Assembly (NCBI GenBank): GCA_049522955.1
Contig: JBEKNJ010000007.1
Coordinates: 20,965-84,964, forward strand
Source of the DNA: Acidobacteriaceae bacterium
GTDB lineage: Bacteria > Acidobacteriota > Terriglobia > Terriglobales > Acidobacteriaceae
Direction of reading: 5' to 3'
DNA: 64,000 nucleotides
Both the position numbers and the translations under genes were made by a program. The notes under the pieces were generated by a model. It made no database searches. It was not told the origin of the DNA and saw only the letters and a list, made by a program, of their open reading frames with translations. Positions 46,198-55,495 of the stretch are shown piece after piece (the first letter of the stretch is position 1; each line of letters begins with the position of its first letter).

Positions 46198-47205
46198 CTA
46201 GCGAATTTTGAAATCCTGAACGACGAGGCGTGTGTCCACCATGACGTGCGGCGTGATGGCGTGGAAGGCCCACATGTGAACCCATGCATTTCCTGTGCGG
46301 AAGGTGAGGAACGACTTCATAACACCTGCGGGAAAGAACGTGAGCAAAACGAAGAGGACGGAGACTGCCGCGTGGTATAGCGAGTCATAGCGTGTCCATG
46401 ATTCGAAGACGTGCATAAGGGGGTAGCTAACGGCGCCTGAGAGAAAGGCGACCGGCGGAGAGAACAACCGCGCATAGCGAGGCAGCAGTATTGCATAGAT
46501 GAAGATCATGATCGGGAGATCTGTCCCACAGAGATGCAGCACGAAGGAGAGCGCTCCGCCCACGAGCTGCTGATGCGGCGTGAGCTGAAAGATGTTAGGG
46601 CCGGCAAGCTCGTAGGCGCAGCCGATGAGCATGACAACGGCGATGATGAGCGCGTCGTTCTTCCAGTTGGCGGAACGCAGATTGAGGGCGTGGCGCGAGT
46701 AGCCACGCAGGCGAAAGATGAGATACGGAAGAAACGCGAGCAAGATACCGTTGTACGCGGCCCAGGTGTAGACCGCTGCCGGTGACTGGACGTGCGTCGC
46801 GCCGAAGAGGCAGCCGTTGAGATGCAGCGCCAGCCCTTCGCCGAAATAGTGCTGCCCAAGGAGGCGGCCTGCGAACAGGACGACGGCGCCATAAATCCAC
46901 ATAGCCAGCGTTTCGCGCAACGCGATCCCCCGCTCCGGAGCGCGCTCGGCGAGGTTGAGAAATGGACGACGACGCGCCAGCAAGGAGACGATGCCGATGA
47001 GCAGGATGATCGAAAAGAGACCGATGGAGTTGTTGAGCACATCGGTTATAGGCGGTTTAGCGGCGAGTTCGGGCCGGTCGAGCGGCACGCCGTTCCGGCA
47101 TAAAAGGATGGCCGCCCCACTGAGCAGGCACCAGATCAAGAGAGCGATCCAGAGGCTTGGTTGACGAACAAGATACTTGATAGGTGATCCGAGGGATCTA
47201 GTCAC
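46198..47205 (-). CDS. polytopic membrane protein, function unknown (possibly CPBP/Abi-like)
   Basis: 335 aa with about 8 hydrophobic helices. His-rich C-terminal helices (NAWVHMWAFHAITPH). No firm motif. Confidence 0.65.
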   Translation of the reverse strand: MTRSLGSPIKYLVRQPSLWIALLIWCLLSGAAILLCRNGVPLDRPELAAKPPITDVLNNSIGLFSIILLIGIVSLLARRRPFLNLAERAPERGIALRETLAMWIYGAVVLFAGRLLGQHYFGEGLALHLNGCLFGATHVQSPAAVYTWAAYNGILLAFLPYLIFRLRGYSRHALNLRSANWKNDALIIAVVMLIGCAYELAGPNIFQLTPHQQLVGGALSFVLHLCGTDLPIMIFIYAILLPRYARLFSPPVAFLSGAVSYPLMHVFESWTRYDSLYHAAVSVLFVLLTFFPAGVMKSFLTFRTGNAWVHMWAFHAITPHVMVDTRLVVQDFKIR

Positions 47206-47408
47206 GCGGTCGTAACCTTTCTCCGCACAGTTCCAAGACGTCTACTATGCGCGACCTGGATAATCGAAACACACCGTTAAGCAAATCTGTACTCAGATTA
47301 AGCCCTCCTTAACGCCGATGGCGGGGGATGTGGGCACGCAAAGAAACAAATACCTGGACGCACTCATTTCGTGCGAGAATTTGTCTGTGTCCCTCCCCCG
47401 TAGGGTGC

Positions 47409-47612
47409 ATGGTCATGAGATGGTTACGTTTGTCGATGTGGTCCGCTGCAATTCTAGTCATCGTTTTCCAGGCCGCATTTTTGCTTGAGCTGAACAGCCC
47501 TCAAGCCGTGGACGAGACGTTATGGTATCTCTTCGCTGTAAGTGTCGTCTGTTTCATCGTGTTTGTGTATGCGAGAAGCGCGATCTCCTCGCTCAAAAAA
47601 TTCAAAAGCTGA
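47409..47612 (+). CDS. small two-TM membrane protein (67 aa), hypothetical
   Basis: MVMRWLRLSMWSAAILVIVFQAAFLL..LWYLFAVSVVCFIVFVYA.. within ORF 47328..47612. Lies in a lower-GC stretch. Confidence 0.35.
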   Translation: MVMRWLRLSMWSAAILVIVFQAAFLLELNSPQAVDETLWYLFAVSVVCFIVFVYARSAISSLKKFKS

Positions 47613-48085
47613 CCACCCAGGACAGCAACTCTGGGCGCCGTGACAGGACTGAAGTCACCATGCGCCGTGGTTTATCTGTTTAAGTCGAAGTGTGCCGCAC
47701 TGAGATTCACCGTAGTTAGCGAAGCAGTTGCATTGCGCTGGCTTCGGTCGAACCGCATGAGATAGAAGTAAACTAACCCTCTTTTTAAACCCACCAAGCT
47801 TTTGTCGTGAACCTTGTTGGATTTCTTCTACAAGGCTTCCTCATGCTCGCCCGTTGACGGCAAAGGAGAGACACCTTAGCTATCGCAACAAATGAACACT
47901 CCTTAAGGTTGAATAGGTATCAGTCACCGTATCTTTCGTCGAATCGTGTCAGTGTCCCGCTCCGTGCGCATCCGGCACCCTCCGAAATCGACCCGTCAAG
48001 AAAGATCGCGTCGCACTTCCGTGTGGGCTACTTTTCGTCCCTAGGATAGGATTACATTACTAAACTGGCAACCCGAAAGCTGCTC

Positions 48086-49333
48086 ATGGATGAAGCTCTT
48101 CACACCGCAGTCTGCATTGTAGGCGGAGGACCTGCCGGCATCGTTCTGGCTCTCCTCCTCGCGCGCCAGGGCATCGATGTCGTCGTGCTCGAAAAGCACA
48201 AGGACTTCAACCGCGACTTCCGCGGCGACACCATTCATGGCGCGACACTCCGCGTCATGAAGGAGCTTGACCTACTCGACGCGCTCCTGCAAGTACAACA
48301 TCAGCAGTTTGATCATGCCTTCGCCGCAGTCGGCGACCGCAGCTATCTCATCGCTGACTTTACGACGCTTCAGCCGCCCACCAACTTCATTGCTCTGATG
48401 CCTCAATGGGATCTGCTCGACTTCCTGTCTACCGAAGTGCGCAAATATCCGAATGCCCGCATCCTCATGGAGCACAAGGTCACCTCCCTGCTCCGAGATC
48501 CACAGACCGGCCACATTCGCGGCGCCCAGGCCGAAAGCCCCACTGGCCCTGTCGATATTCGAGCGCCGCTCACCGTCGGCTGTGACGGGCGACACGCCAC
48601 CACGACCGACGCCGCGCACTTCCAGCGGATTGAGTATGGCGCTCCCATCGATGTTCTCTGGCTGCGCCTGTCGCGCCGTTCTGACGATCCGGAGACCGCG
48701 CTGGGGAATATGAACTTTGGCCGCATGATCGTCATGATCAATCGGAAAGACTACTTTCAGTGCGGCTACATCATCCGCAAGGGCAGCCTCGAAACCCACA
48801 TCAAACCTGCCGGGTTAGAGGCCTTCCGGCACGATCTGGCCTTACTCGTTCCCTTCCTTGGTATACCTGGACCCGACGGTAAATCTCGCGCCGACGAGAT
48901 CCAGTCCTGGGATCAAGTCTCCCTCCTTCCGGTTCAGGTCAACCGCCTCCGCCGCTGGTGTCTCCCCGGCCTGCTCTGCATCGGGGACGCAGCTCATGCC
49001 ATGTCCCCGGTCGGCGGCATCGGCATTAATCTCGCGATTCAGGATGCTGTCGCTGCTGCGCGCATCCTCGGTCCGGTACTGCGCACGACGCATGCAGGGG
49101 ATTTGCCCGTCAGCGAAGGGTTGCTTGCCCGCGTTCAGCGACGCCGCGACCTGCCTACCCGTATCACGCAGACCTTTCAGACCACCATTCACGGCTTCCT
49201 CGATCGGTATCTGGGCCGGCCTGGACCGCTCCAGGCTCCGCTCCTCCTCCGCGTGCTCAGCCGCAGCCGGGTTTTCCATCGGGCTACAGCCCGCTTCATA
49301 GGCCTGGGGGTCCGCCCCGAACACATCCGTTAG
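48086..49333 (+). CDS. FAD-dependent monooxygenase (UbiH/PHBH-like aromatic hydroxylase family)
   Basis: VCIVGGGPAGIVLALLLARQG (GxGxxG), DVVVLEK, GDAAHAMSPVGGIGINLAIQDA. Confidence 0.9.
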   Translation: MDEALHTAVCIVGGGPAGIVLALLLARQGIDVVVLEKHKDFNRDFRGDTIHGATLRVMKELDLLDALLQVQHQQFDHAFAAVGDRSYLIADFTTLQPPTNFIALMPQWDLLDFLSTEVRKYPNARILMEHKVTSLLRDPQTGHIRGAQAESPTGPVDIRAPLTVGCDGRHATTTDAAHFQRIEYGAPIDVLWLRLSRRSDDPETALGNMNFGRMIVMINRKDYFQCGYIIRKGSLETHIKPAGLEAFRHDLALLVPFLGIPGPDGKSRADEIQSWDQVSLLPVQVNRLRRWCLPGLLCIGDAAHAMSPVGGIGINLAIQDAVAAARILGPVLRTTHAGDLPVSEGLLARVQRRRDLPTRITQTFQTTIHGFLDRYLGRPGPLQAPLLLRVLSRSRVFHRATARFIGLGVRPEHIR

Positions 49334-49386
49334 CCACCCTTTTTCCCGCGAAGATCACATCCGCGATAGACTCATTCCGGCACCTT

Positions 49387-50826
49387 ATGAGACAACCCAA
49401 ACACATCGGAATGACCTGCATCTGGGCCGGCGCTGCCCTGCTGCTCGCAACTGGGATCGCAAGCTTACGGGCGCAGGGACCGGAAGGCGCGCGGACCGCT
49501 AACGCGCTATTCACTTCTCTCGACTCCGACAACGATGGGACGCTGACGCGGTCCGAGCTGGAAGCCGGGTTCAACTCGTGGTTTACCGCCTGGGATACGA
49601 CACATAGCGGAACCCTGACCCAGCCCCAAATCGCGGCTGGAATCAGCGGAGTGCTGCCTGCGCCATCCACGGTCAAGCCCGGACAAGCCAACACCTTCAA
49701 CCCGGCAGGTAATTCGACCCCGATCGCCGTATCGCAGGCGGCTGTGGACGCCATGATGGCAGCCTTACCCACGACCCCCGGTGCCAAGCCGCTGCACCCG
49801 CGCAAGGTGCTGGTGATGGGGCATACAGGCACGGGTGGGTTCGTGCACGCCTCCATCCCCCTGGCTGCGAAGGCGGTGGAAGCGTTAGGAAACCAGGGCG
49901 GCCTATGGACCACGACCGTCAGCTACGACGCGGCGGATATCAACACCAATAACCTCAAGCAATACGACGCCATCTTCCTGGACAGCACCACTGCGTGCTT
50001 TCTTGACGATCCGGACCCCGCGGTGACGGCCGCGCGGCGAGCGGCGTTTCTCCACTTCGTGCGAAGCGGGAAAGGCGTGGCGGGCATCCACGCGGCGTCC
50101 GATTCCTATCACACCGACTGCCTGGCGAGTGAAGCTGCCACGAAGACCGGTAGGCCCGCGCTGAATAGAGCGGCCGTGCCTTTAGCCGCCCGCCTGGTCA
50201 CGGCAGCGGACAAGGATAGTGACGGCACCGTCAGCCGGCAGAAGTGGAGCGCCCTGGCCGACGACTGGTTCCAGAAGTTGGATACCGGCAATACGGGCAA
50301 GGTCACTCGCGCCGATTTTGTGGCGCACTTCAATTCCCTGTTGCCGCCGCTCGACCCGCGTCACGAAAGCTCGGAGTCCAAGCCCGTGCAGCAATGGCCC
50401 GAGTTCAACAAGCTGATTGGCGGGTATTTCAAATTTCACTGGCCCGATCCGCAGCTGATTTATGTCAAGATCGACGATCCGAACAGTCCTTTGACGGCCA
50501 TGTTCCATGGCAAGGATTTCGAGATCCACGACGAGACCTATACCTTCGTACAGGAATCGTTTTCGCGCCACAACGTGCATGTGTTGACGAGCATCGACTA
50601 CAACAAGATGAGCGCCGAGGATAAGGCGAAGGAAGTTAATCCCCGCAGCGATGCCGATTACGCCTTGAGCTATATCCGCCGCGAGGGCAAGGGGCGAGTG
50701 TTCTACGAAGGACACGGTCACAGTGATCGCGTGTACGCCATGACGCCGATGCTGGAACATCTTCGCGCCGGGATTCAGTACGCGCTGGGCGATCTGAAAG
50801 CGGATGACAGCCCGTCAGTGAAATAA
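49387..50826 (+). CDS. exported ThuA-domain protein carrying EF-hand-like calcium-binding modules
   Basis: Signal ..AGAALLLATGIASLRAQ. N-terminal canonical EF loop DSDNDGTLTRSE. ThuA blocks KVLVMGHTGTGGFVHASIP, YDAIFLDSTT, GKGVAGIHAASDSY, WPEFNKLIGGYFKFHW, FEIHDETY, GRVFYEGHGH. An insert of about 95 aa between ThuA blocks holds DKDSDGTVSRQK and DTGNTGKVTRAD loops. Confidence 0.8.
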   Translation: MRQPKHIGMTCIWAGAALLLATGIASLRAQGPEGARTANALFTSLDSDNDGTLTRSELEAGFNSWFTAWDTTHSGTLTQPQIAAGISGVLPAPSTVKPGQANTFNPAGNSTPIAVSQAAVDAMMAALPTTPGAKPLHPRKVLVMGHTGTGGFVHASIPLAAKAVEALGNQGGLWTTTVSYDAADINTNNLKQYDAIFLDSTTACFLDDPDPAVTAARRAAFLHFVRSGKGVAGIHAASDSYHTDCLASEAATKTGRPALNRAAVPLAARLVTAADKDSDGTVSRQKWSALADDWFQKLDTGNTGKVTRADFVAHFNSLLPPLDPRHESSESKPVQQWPEFNKLIGGYFKFHWPDPQLIYVKIDDPNSPLTAMFHGKDFEIHDETYTFVQESFSRHNVHVLTSIDYNKMSAEDKAKEVNPRSDADYALSYIRREGKGRVFYEGHGHSDRVYAMTPMLEHLRAGIQYALGDLKADDSPSVK

Positions 50827-50860
50827 GCTGGCGGGACTGCGGGAGGTAAATCTGGGCATT

Positions 50861-51046
50861 CTTGTCCAAATTAGGCTCCGCGCCGTAATCACAGGTACCC
50901 CCGGAGAACTCGGGAAGGCCGAGTGGCGCACCGCAGATCCCTCCACTACGCTACGCTTCGGTCGGGATGACAATATTGCTTGGAAACCCTAAGTATTGTT
51001 TTCAAGATGAATTGTCATTCCGACCGAACTCCGCGGGAAGGATTTC
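50861..51046. repeat. composite of dispersed-repeat modules downstream of two convergent genes
   Basis: 50861-50882 (cttgtccaaattaggctccgcg) equals 21337-21358 at 22/22. 50910-50974 equals 43345-43409 at 65/65. The loop-like segment and degenerate right arm (attgtcattccgaccgaa..) run up to the stop codon at 51046. Confidence 0.85.
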
Positions 51047-53061
51047 TAAGGCAAGAAACCAACGCTCTGCCAGAGTGGCACAGGATCATATACAGCTCCT
51101 GCCGCTACTGTTCGCCAGACGGTGCGGGTGTTATGAATGTCCGCCAGCGGATCGGCGTTCAGCAAGAGCACATCACCACGCTTGCCCACCTCGAGGGTAC
51201 CCGATTCCTTCTCAACACCCAGAGCCCGGGCGGCGACGATCGTCGCTGCCTGGAGCGCCTCCAGCGGCGTGAAGCCGGCCTCGACATAGAGCTCTATTTC
51301 ACGATGGAGTGAATAGCCGGGAATCGCCTGATCCGTTCCCGCAACCATGGGAATGCCGGCCGCATGAAGCGCATGCAGTGTTGCCATGACGCCCTGCCAC
51401 GTTGCATTCGCAACCACTGCCTTGTCTCCGGTTGCCGGAGGAGAATCCAGGGCCTCTCGCAGTTGCGGAGGCAAGTGATCGATTCCCGGCTCCAACTGAT
51501 TGAGCGGCCTGGTATTGAAAAGCGTCTCAAAGAGCGCCATCGTGGGATCGAGGATGGTGTGGTGCACCTGCAAGGTGGAGATCAGATCTTTGGCTCGAGG
51601 GCCATCCATTTCTAACACCGGAGCCTTGGTGCGGTCCCGCTTGCCATCGGCACCCAGGATGGGGTGAGAGAAATACGGTAGCGCGTAGTCGATGTGATTG
51701 ATCTGGTCCATACCATCGTGCACTCCCTCGATGGCAGTCATTCCTTCGGGGATGTGCCCGGTCACGGTCATTGCCCGGGCGTGCGCATCGGTAGTGATCG
51801 CCTTGACGATCTCCGGCTTTACCGAACTGTAGATCTTGATCTGCCTGGCCCCCGCCGCTTGATACCGCTGTACACGATCGAGAGCCTGCTCTGGCGTGTC
51901 CGCGATGACTGCGCCGAGAGAGATCGGGCCTGTCCCGTCAATGACCCCGGCGAACTCCAGGTGCGGTCCAATGGCCGGATCCTGCTTACGATCGAGCTCA
52001 TCGTGCACGGTGCGAATGAAATCGAATTCGTTGCCCACGTCGCGCACGCTGGTCACACCCGCCGCAAGATAAATCGGCCCCCACTCCACCTGCTCGTAGT
52101 GGGCATGCATATCCCAAAGCCCCGGGACTGCGTATTTGCCCGACGCATCAAGAATGGTCGCGCCCCTAGGAATACGAACCTGGCTGCGCGGTCCCACTGC
52201 CTTAATCACGCCGTTCTCGATCAGGATCACGCTGTCCTTGACCGGGGGTACACCGGTAGAATCGTCAAGCGTCGCGCCGGTGATGGCGAGGATACGCGCC
52301 GGAGCCATGCGGGCCGCCGCGGTTAGCTTGGTCAACGCGGCAAGATCCGCCTGCACCGCAGCGGCAATAAACATGCCTAAGTTCTGCTGGTAGGGCTGGC
52401 GCACCGCTTCAAAGTGATCGAATTCCGCATCGGTACTCACCAGGGCAATCAGATTCTGCGCATCGTCGACCCATAGCGACTCCTGTCCCCAGATCAGACC
52501 GCTTACGGTGTAGCCGTGCGCCGCCAGGCTGCCGACGGTCAGCGTGGTTGCGGGCAGAATATGAACGATGGCCTTCGAGGGATACGCGGTGAACTCCGCG
52601 GGCTGGCCATGCGTGAGCCACCAGCGCATCATCTGCTCTTGCATGGCCACCGGGGAATAGCCGTCGGTGATAAACCACGGCCCGTTTGCGGTCTGGGTCT
52701 CGGTTTTACCGCTGCGGGTAATGGAAAGACTATTGCCGGCGACTGTCAGCGTGTCCTCCATGTTGGAAAAGCGCGATGCCTGCCCCTTCGCGGCATACGA
52801 TCGCGGTGTCATGCCGACTATGGCGGCAACGAATGTGGTCTCGAGAGGAACCTTGCGGCCCCGATCGGTAAAGAGAAAGTGAGAGGTCAAAGTATAGGTT
52901 TCGTCGCTGGCAGCGATGGAGTAGGTTTCACTTCCGATCTCTCTGGCGAACTTATAGAGCACGAATGTGCCGGAGGTCGCGGTCTGCCCGGCGGCTGCAC
53001 CGCTGGTCGAGGTGAATGCGAGGAGGAGGGCGATGCCGATCAGTCGGTAACGGTCGAACAC
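51046..53061 (-). CDS. exported amidohydrolase-family protein with N-terminal accessory domain of about 270 aa
   Basis: Signal MFDRYRLIGIALLLAFTSTSGAAAGQ. ITGATLDDSTG..ILIENGVIKAVG..ILDASGKYAVPGLWDMHAHY (H-x-H). C-terminal GKRGDVLLLNADP. Confidence 0.85.
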   Translation of the reverse strand: MFDRYRLIGIALLLAFTSTSGAAAGQTATSGTFVLYKFAREIGSETYSIAASDETYTLTSHFLFTDRGRKVPLETTFVAAIVGMTPRSYAAKGQASRFSNMEDTLTVAGNSLSITRSGKTETQTANGPWFITDGYSPVAMQEQMMRWWLTHGQPAEFTAYPSKAIVHILPATTLTVGSLAAHGYTVSGLIWGQESLWVDDAQNLIALVSTDAEFDHFEAVRQPYQQNLGMFIAAAVQADLAALTKLTAAARMAPARILAITGATLDDSTGVPPVKDSVILIENGVIKAVGPRSQVRIPRGATILDASGKYAVPGLWDMHAHYEQVEWGPIYLAAGVTSVRDVGNEFDFIRTVHDELDRKQDPAIGPHLEFAGVIDGTGPISLGAVIADTPEQALDRVQRYQAAGARQIKIYSSVKPEIVKAITTDAHARAMTVTGHIPEGMTAIEGVHDGMDQINHIDYALPYFSHPILGADGKRDRTKAPVLEMDGPRAKDLISTLQVHHTILDPTMALFETLFNTRPLNQLEPGIDHLPPQLREALDSPPATGDKAVVANATWQGVMATLHALHAAGIPMVAGTDQAIPGYSLHREIELYVEAGFTPLEALQAATIVAARALGVEKESGTLEVGKRGDVLLLNADPLADIHNTRTVWRTVAAGAVYDPVPLWQSVGFLP

Positions 53062-53221
53062 AAAGTTCCCTTCAGAGGCGAGCAGTTGCCAGAACAGACA
53101 CGACAGGCCCTACCCCACATCACCATATACGAGTCCTCGAACGATCTGGTTCTGTGCTTCTCTCACCGTTTTCACCGCTACCCTCGATTAGGCGACACGG
53201 ATCCGAACGTCCACGCGCCAT

Positions 53222-54319
53222 TCAGGACGCAACCAGGTGTTGATCCATCCATGCGAGTATTTCTCGTCGCATTTCGGGTAACTCCTCGTGGGCGCAATCG
53301 AAGAGTTCGATCTTACAGTCTTCGGCCTCTCCATAAGTTCGGTAGAGAGGCAGCAGCTTTTCGCGCACCAGGTCGACGCCCGCCGGTGGAGTGAGGTCGT
53401 CGCGTCGGCCGTTCACGCTCAGGCGGGCGCGGGGCACGATCAGTTCGTTAATTTGAAATGTGTCGAAGTGCTTCAACAACCCGGGAACAAAATAGTAGAC
53501 ACCGTGCTTGCTCAGGCCGCCTGCATCCGCCAGCGATTGATAATTCGTCAGACAGCAGACGTCCATCGCGACCCGGACGCGCGGATCGAGGGCGGCCAAC
53601 CACCAGGCCTTCGTGGCGCCCATCGACATGCCAAGCGCTCCCAAACATGCTGGATCCACTTCAGGACGGCTCGCGAGATAGCCGAGCGCGCGCAATTCAT
53701 CGAACATCATCATTCCCCACAGCACCTGCCCTCGCCATAGCATCAGCTTGAAGGCGTCTTCTTCGCCCTGGCGCCCAACCTCTTCCCGCTTTCGTTCGCC
53801 GAAGCACCAGCAATCAATGGCGAGCGTCACCAGGCCCTTTTCCACGCAGACCGGCGCGTATGCCGGTTGCACGCTTGTGCCACGTAGCAATTGTTCTTTA
53901 CCCAGATCATATTGGCCGGCGTGCCAATGCATAAAGAGCAGCCCGGGCGCCCGCTCCTGGCGGCGGTCCGGAATCAGGAGCAGCGCAGGAACGGGTTCAA
54001 TCCCATTCAGGTCCAGTACCAACCGCTCGAGTGTGTACCCATCATGTTTCTCGGTGCGCAGCAGGCGCGGGGGTGTGGGCTTATGGTCCCAGGGCAAATC
54101 GCCGAGCAGGCTCCAGAGTTCCCATCGGCGGCGTTGCTGATAAATATCGAACTCGGCTCGGGCTTCCGAAGTAGCAAACGGCTGTGTGTCCGGCTTCATT
54201 GGTAAAGTCGCTCCCATCGCAGCCAAAGCTGCAAACCTGGTCAGAAATTCACGCCGGGTTACATGAGACACTGATTTTTCCATATCTGTCCCGAGATTTG
54301 TGAATTTCTTGGACATCAT
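53222..54319 (-). CDS. Tat-exported alpha/beta hydrolase (acetyl-xylan-esterase / dienelactone-hydrolase-like)
   Basis: Twin-arginine signal VTRREFLTRFAALAAMGATLP. GALGMSMGATKAWW nucleophile elbow (G-x-S-x-G). 14 nt downstream of the AraC gene. Confidence 0.8.
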   Translation of the reverse strand: MMSKKFTNLGTDMEKSVSHVTRREFLTRFAALAAMGATLPMKPDTQPFATSEARAEFDIYQQRRRWELWSLLGDLPWDHKPTPPRLLRTEKHDGYTLERLVLDLNGIEPVPALLLIPDRRQERAPGLLFMHWHAGQYDLGKEQLLRGTSVQPAYAPVCVEKGLVTLAIDCWCFGERKREEVGRQGEEDAFKLMLWRGQVLWGMMMFDELRALGYLASRPEVDPACLGALGMSMGATKAWWLAALDPRVRVAMDVCCLTNYQSLADAGGLSKHGVYYFVPGLLKHFDTFQINELIVPRARLSVNGRRDDLTPPAGVDLVREKLLPLYRTYGEAEDCKIELFDCAHEELPEMRREILAWMDQHLVAS

Positions 54320-54333
54320 GGTATGTGCAGGAT

Positions 54334-55314
54334 TTATGGGAGCGGAAGCGGATCGGGGGAACGATCTCTGGGCTTTCCCTCACGTTTTCGCAGCCGATCA
54401 AGCGAATAGGGTCGAATGTGCAGCTCCTCAGTGCCGAAAGCCTCGTGCGGTTCGCCTCGCTGCTGGAATGATTTACGGTAGCCCGACGGCGTGATGCCAC
54501 GCACGCGGCGAAACTGTCGATTGAAATTGGCCAGATTCGAGAGACCTACTTCAAAAGCAATCATGCTTATGGGGAGATCTGTTTCCGCGAGACGCATACA
54601 CGCACGTCCAATACGGAGCTTGCACAGGTACTCGCTCACGCTTTCGCCGGTGTGCTTTACAAACAGGCGATGCAGGGATCTCTCAGAGATGTTGCCGACT
54701 TTGCATAGCCCCGGGATGGAAACCGGCTCCTGAAAACGTTTGTGAAGGTGATTCAGCATGCGCGTGAGCCGAGCTGGTTCACCGTCACTGGAAGCAGGAA
54801 CGATCATCGCGTTCTTGGAGAGATTAGTTGCTTGCTCTCCCGCGATGTATACGAGGAGATCGAGTGCTGCATGGAGACGCACCTGAGGAACTTCGGATAG
54901 TAGATGCGGAAGGCGCCCAGCCATTTGCGTGGCTGTTTCTGACGCGAATGACAAACCTGTGGAAGCATTGTGCAGCAGCTTTCGCACGGCTGAATACTCC
55001 GGACAAAGTTCCGCCAGCCGCAGCGCCCATTCTCTCGAAAACCAGATCACAATCGCCGTGTGCAGTTCACTTTTCTCCAGGGCTTCGGTGGAGGCCCAGG
55101 TATGCGGCATATCGGGAGGCACCAGAACGAGGTCCGGTGCTTCATATTGCCCGATGTGATCGCCGACAAACCGCCAACCGCGGCTATTTAAGGTCAGCGT
55201 AAGCTCATATTCGGGATGATGGTGCCATTCGAAGGGTATTTCCGGAACGCGGCGGTTATAGACGCGAAGAGAACAGCCCTTGGGAAAAGTGACGCGCTCG
55301 AATTGAGGTTTCAT
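54334..55314 (-). CDS. AraC-family transcriptional regulator with N-terminal cupin sensor domain
   Basis: N-terminal cupin (FEWHHHPEYELTL). C-terminal dual HTH ..SIPGLCKVGNISERSLHRLFVKHTGESVSEYLCKLRIGRACMRLAETDLPISMIAFEVGLSNLANFNRQFRRVRGITPSGYR. Confidence 0.9.
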   Translation of the reverse strand: MKPQFERVTFPKGCSLRVYNRRVPEIPFEWHHHPEYELTLTLNSRGWRFVGDHIGQYEAPDLVLVPPDMPHTWASTEALEKSELHTAIVIWFSREWALRLAELCPEYSAVRKLLHNASTGLSFASETATQMAGRLPHLLSEVPQVRLHAALDLLVYIAGEQATNLSKNAMIVPASSDGEPARLTRMLNHLHKRFQEPVSIPGLCKVGNISERSLHRLFVKHTGESVSEYLCKLRIGRACMRLAETDLPISMIAFEVGLSNLANFNRQFRRVRGITPSGYRKSFQQRGEPHEAFGTEELHIRPYSLDRLRKREGKPRDRSPDPLPLP

Positions 55315-55495
55315 CGGCTACCCTATTCAGACATCTACGCGTAGCTTGGTGTCCGAATAATATCAATAATTGGCCCTTCTGCATCACTGAACCGTCCTCA
55401 CAAATCCTAGACTGGTTTACGCAGCTCCTTCGGTTAGATCACACAAACGAAGGGGCGCCGATCATCCTTCTTGAATGAAGTGAGGAGTAAAACTT

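Noticed and set aside
3228-51046. The recurring hairpin/palindromic repeats as a CRISPR array
   Set aside because: The copies are dispersed over the window in single or paired units, in both orientations, without regular repeat-spacer periodicity. No cas genes are present.
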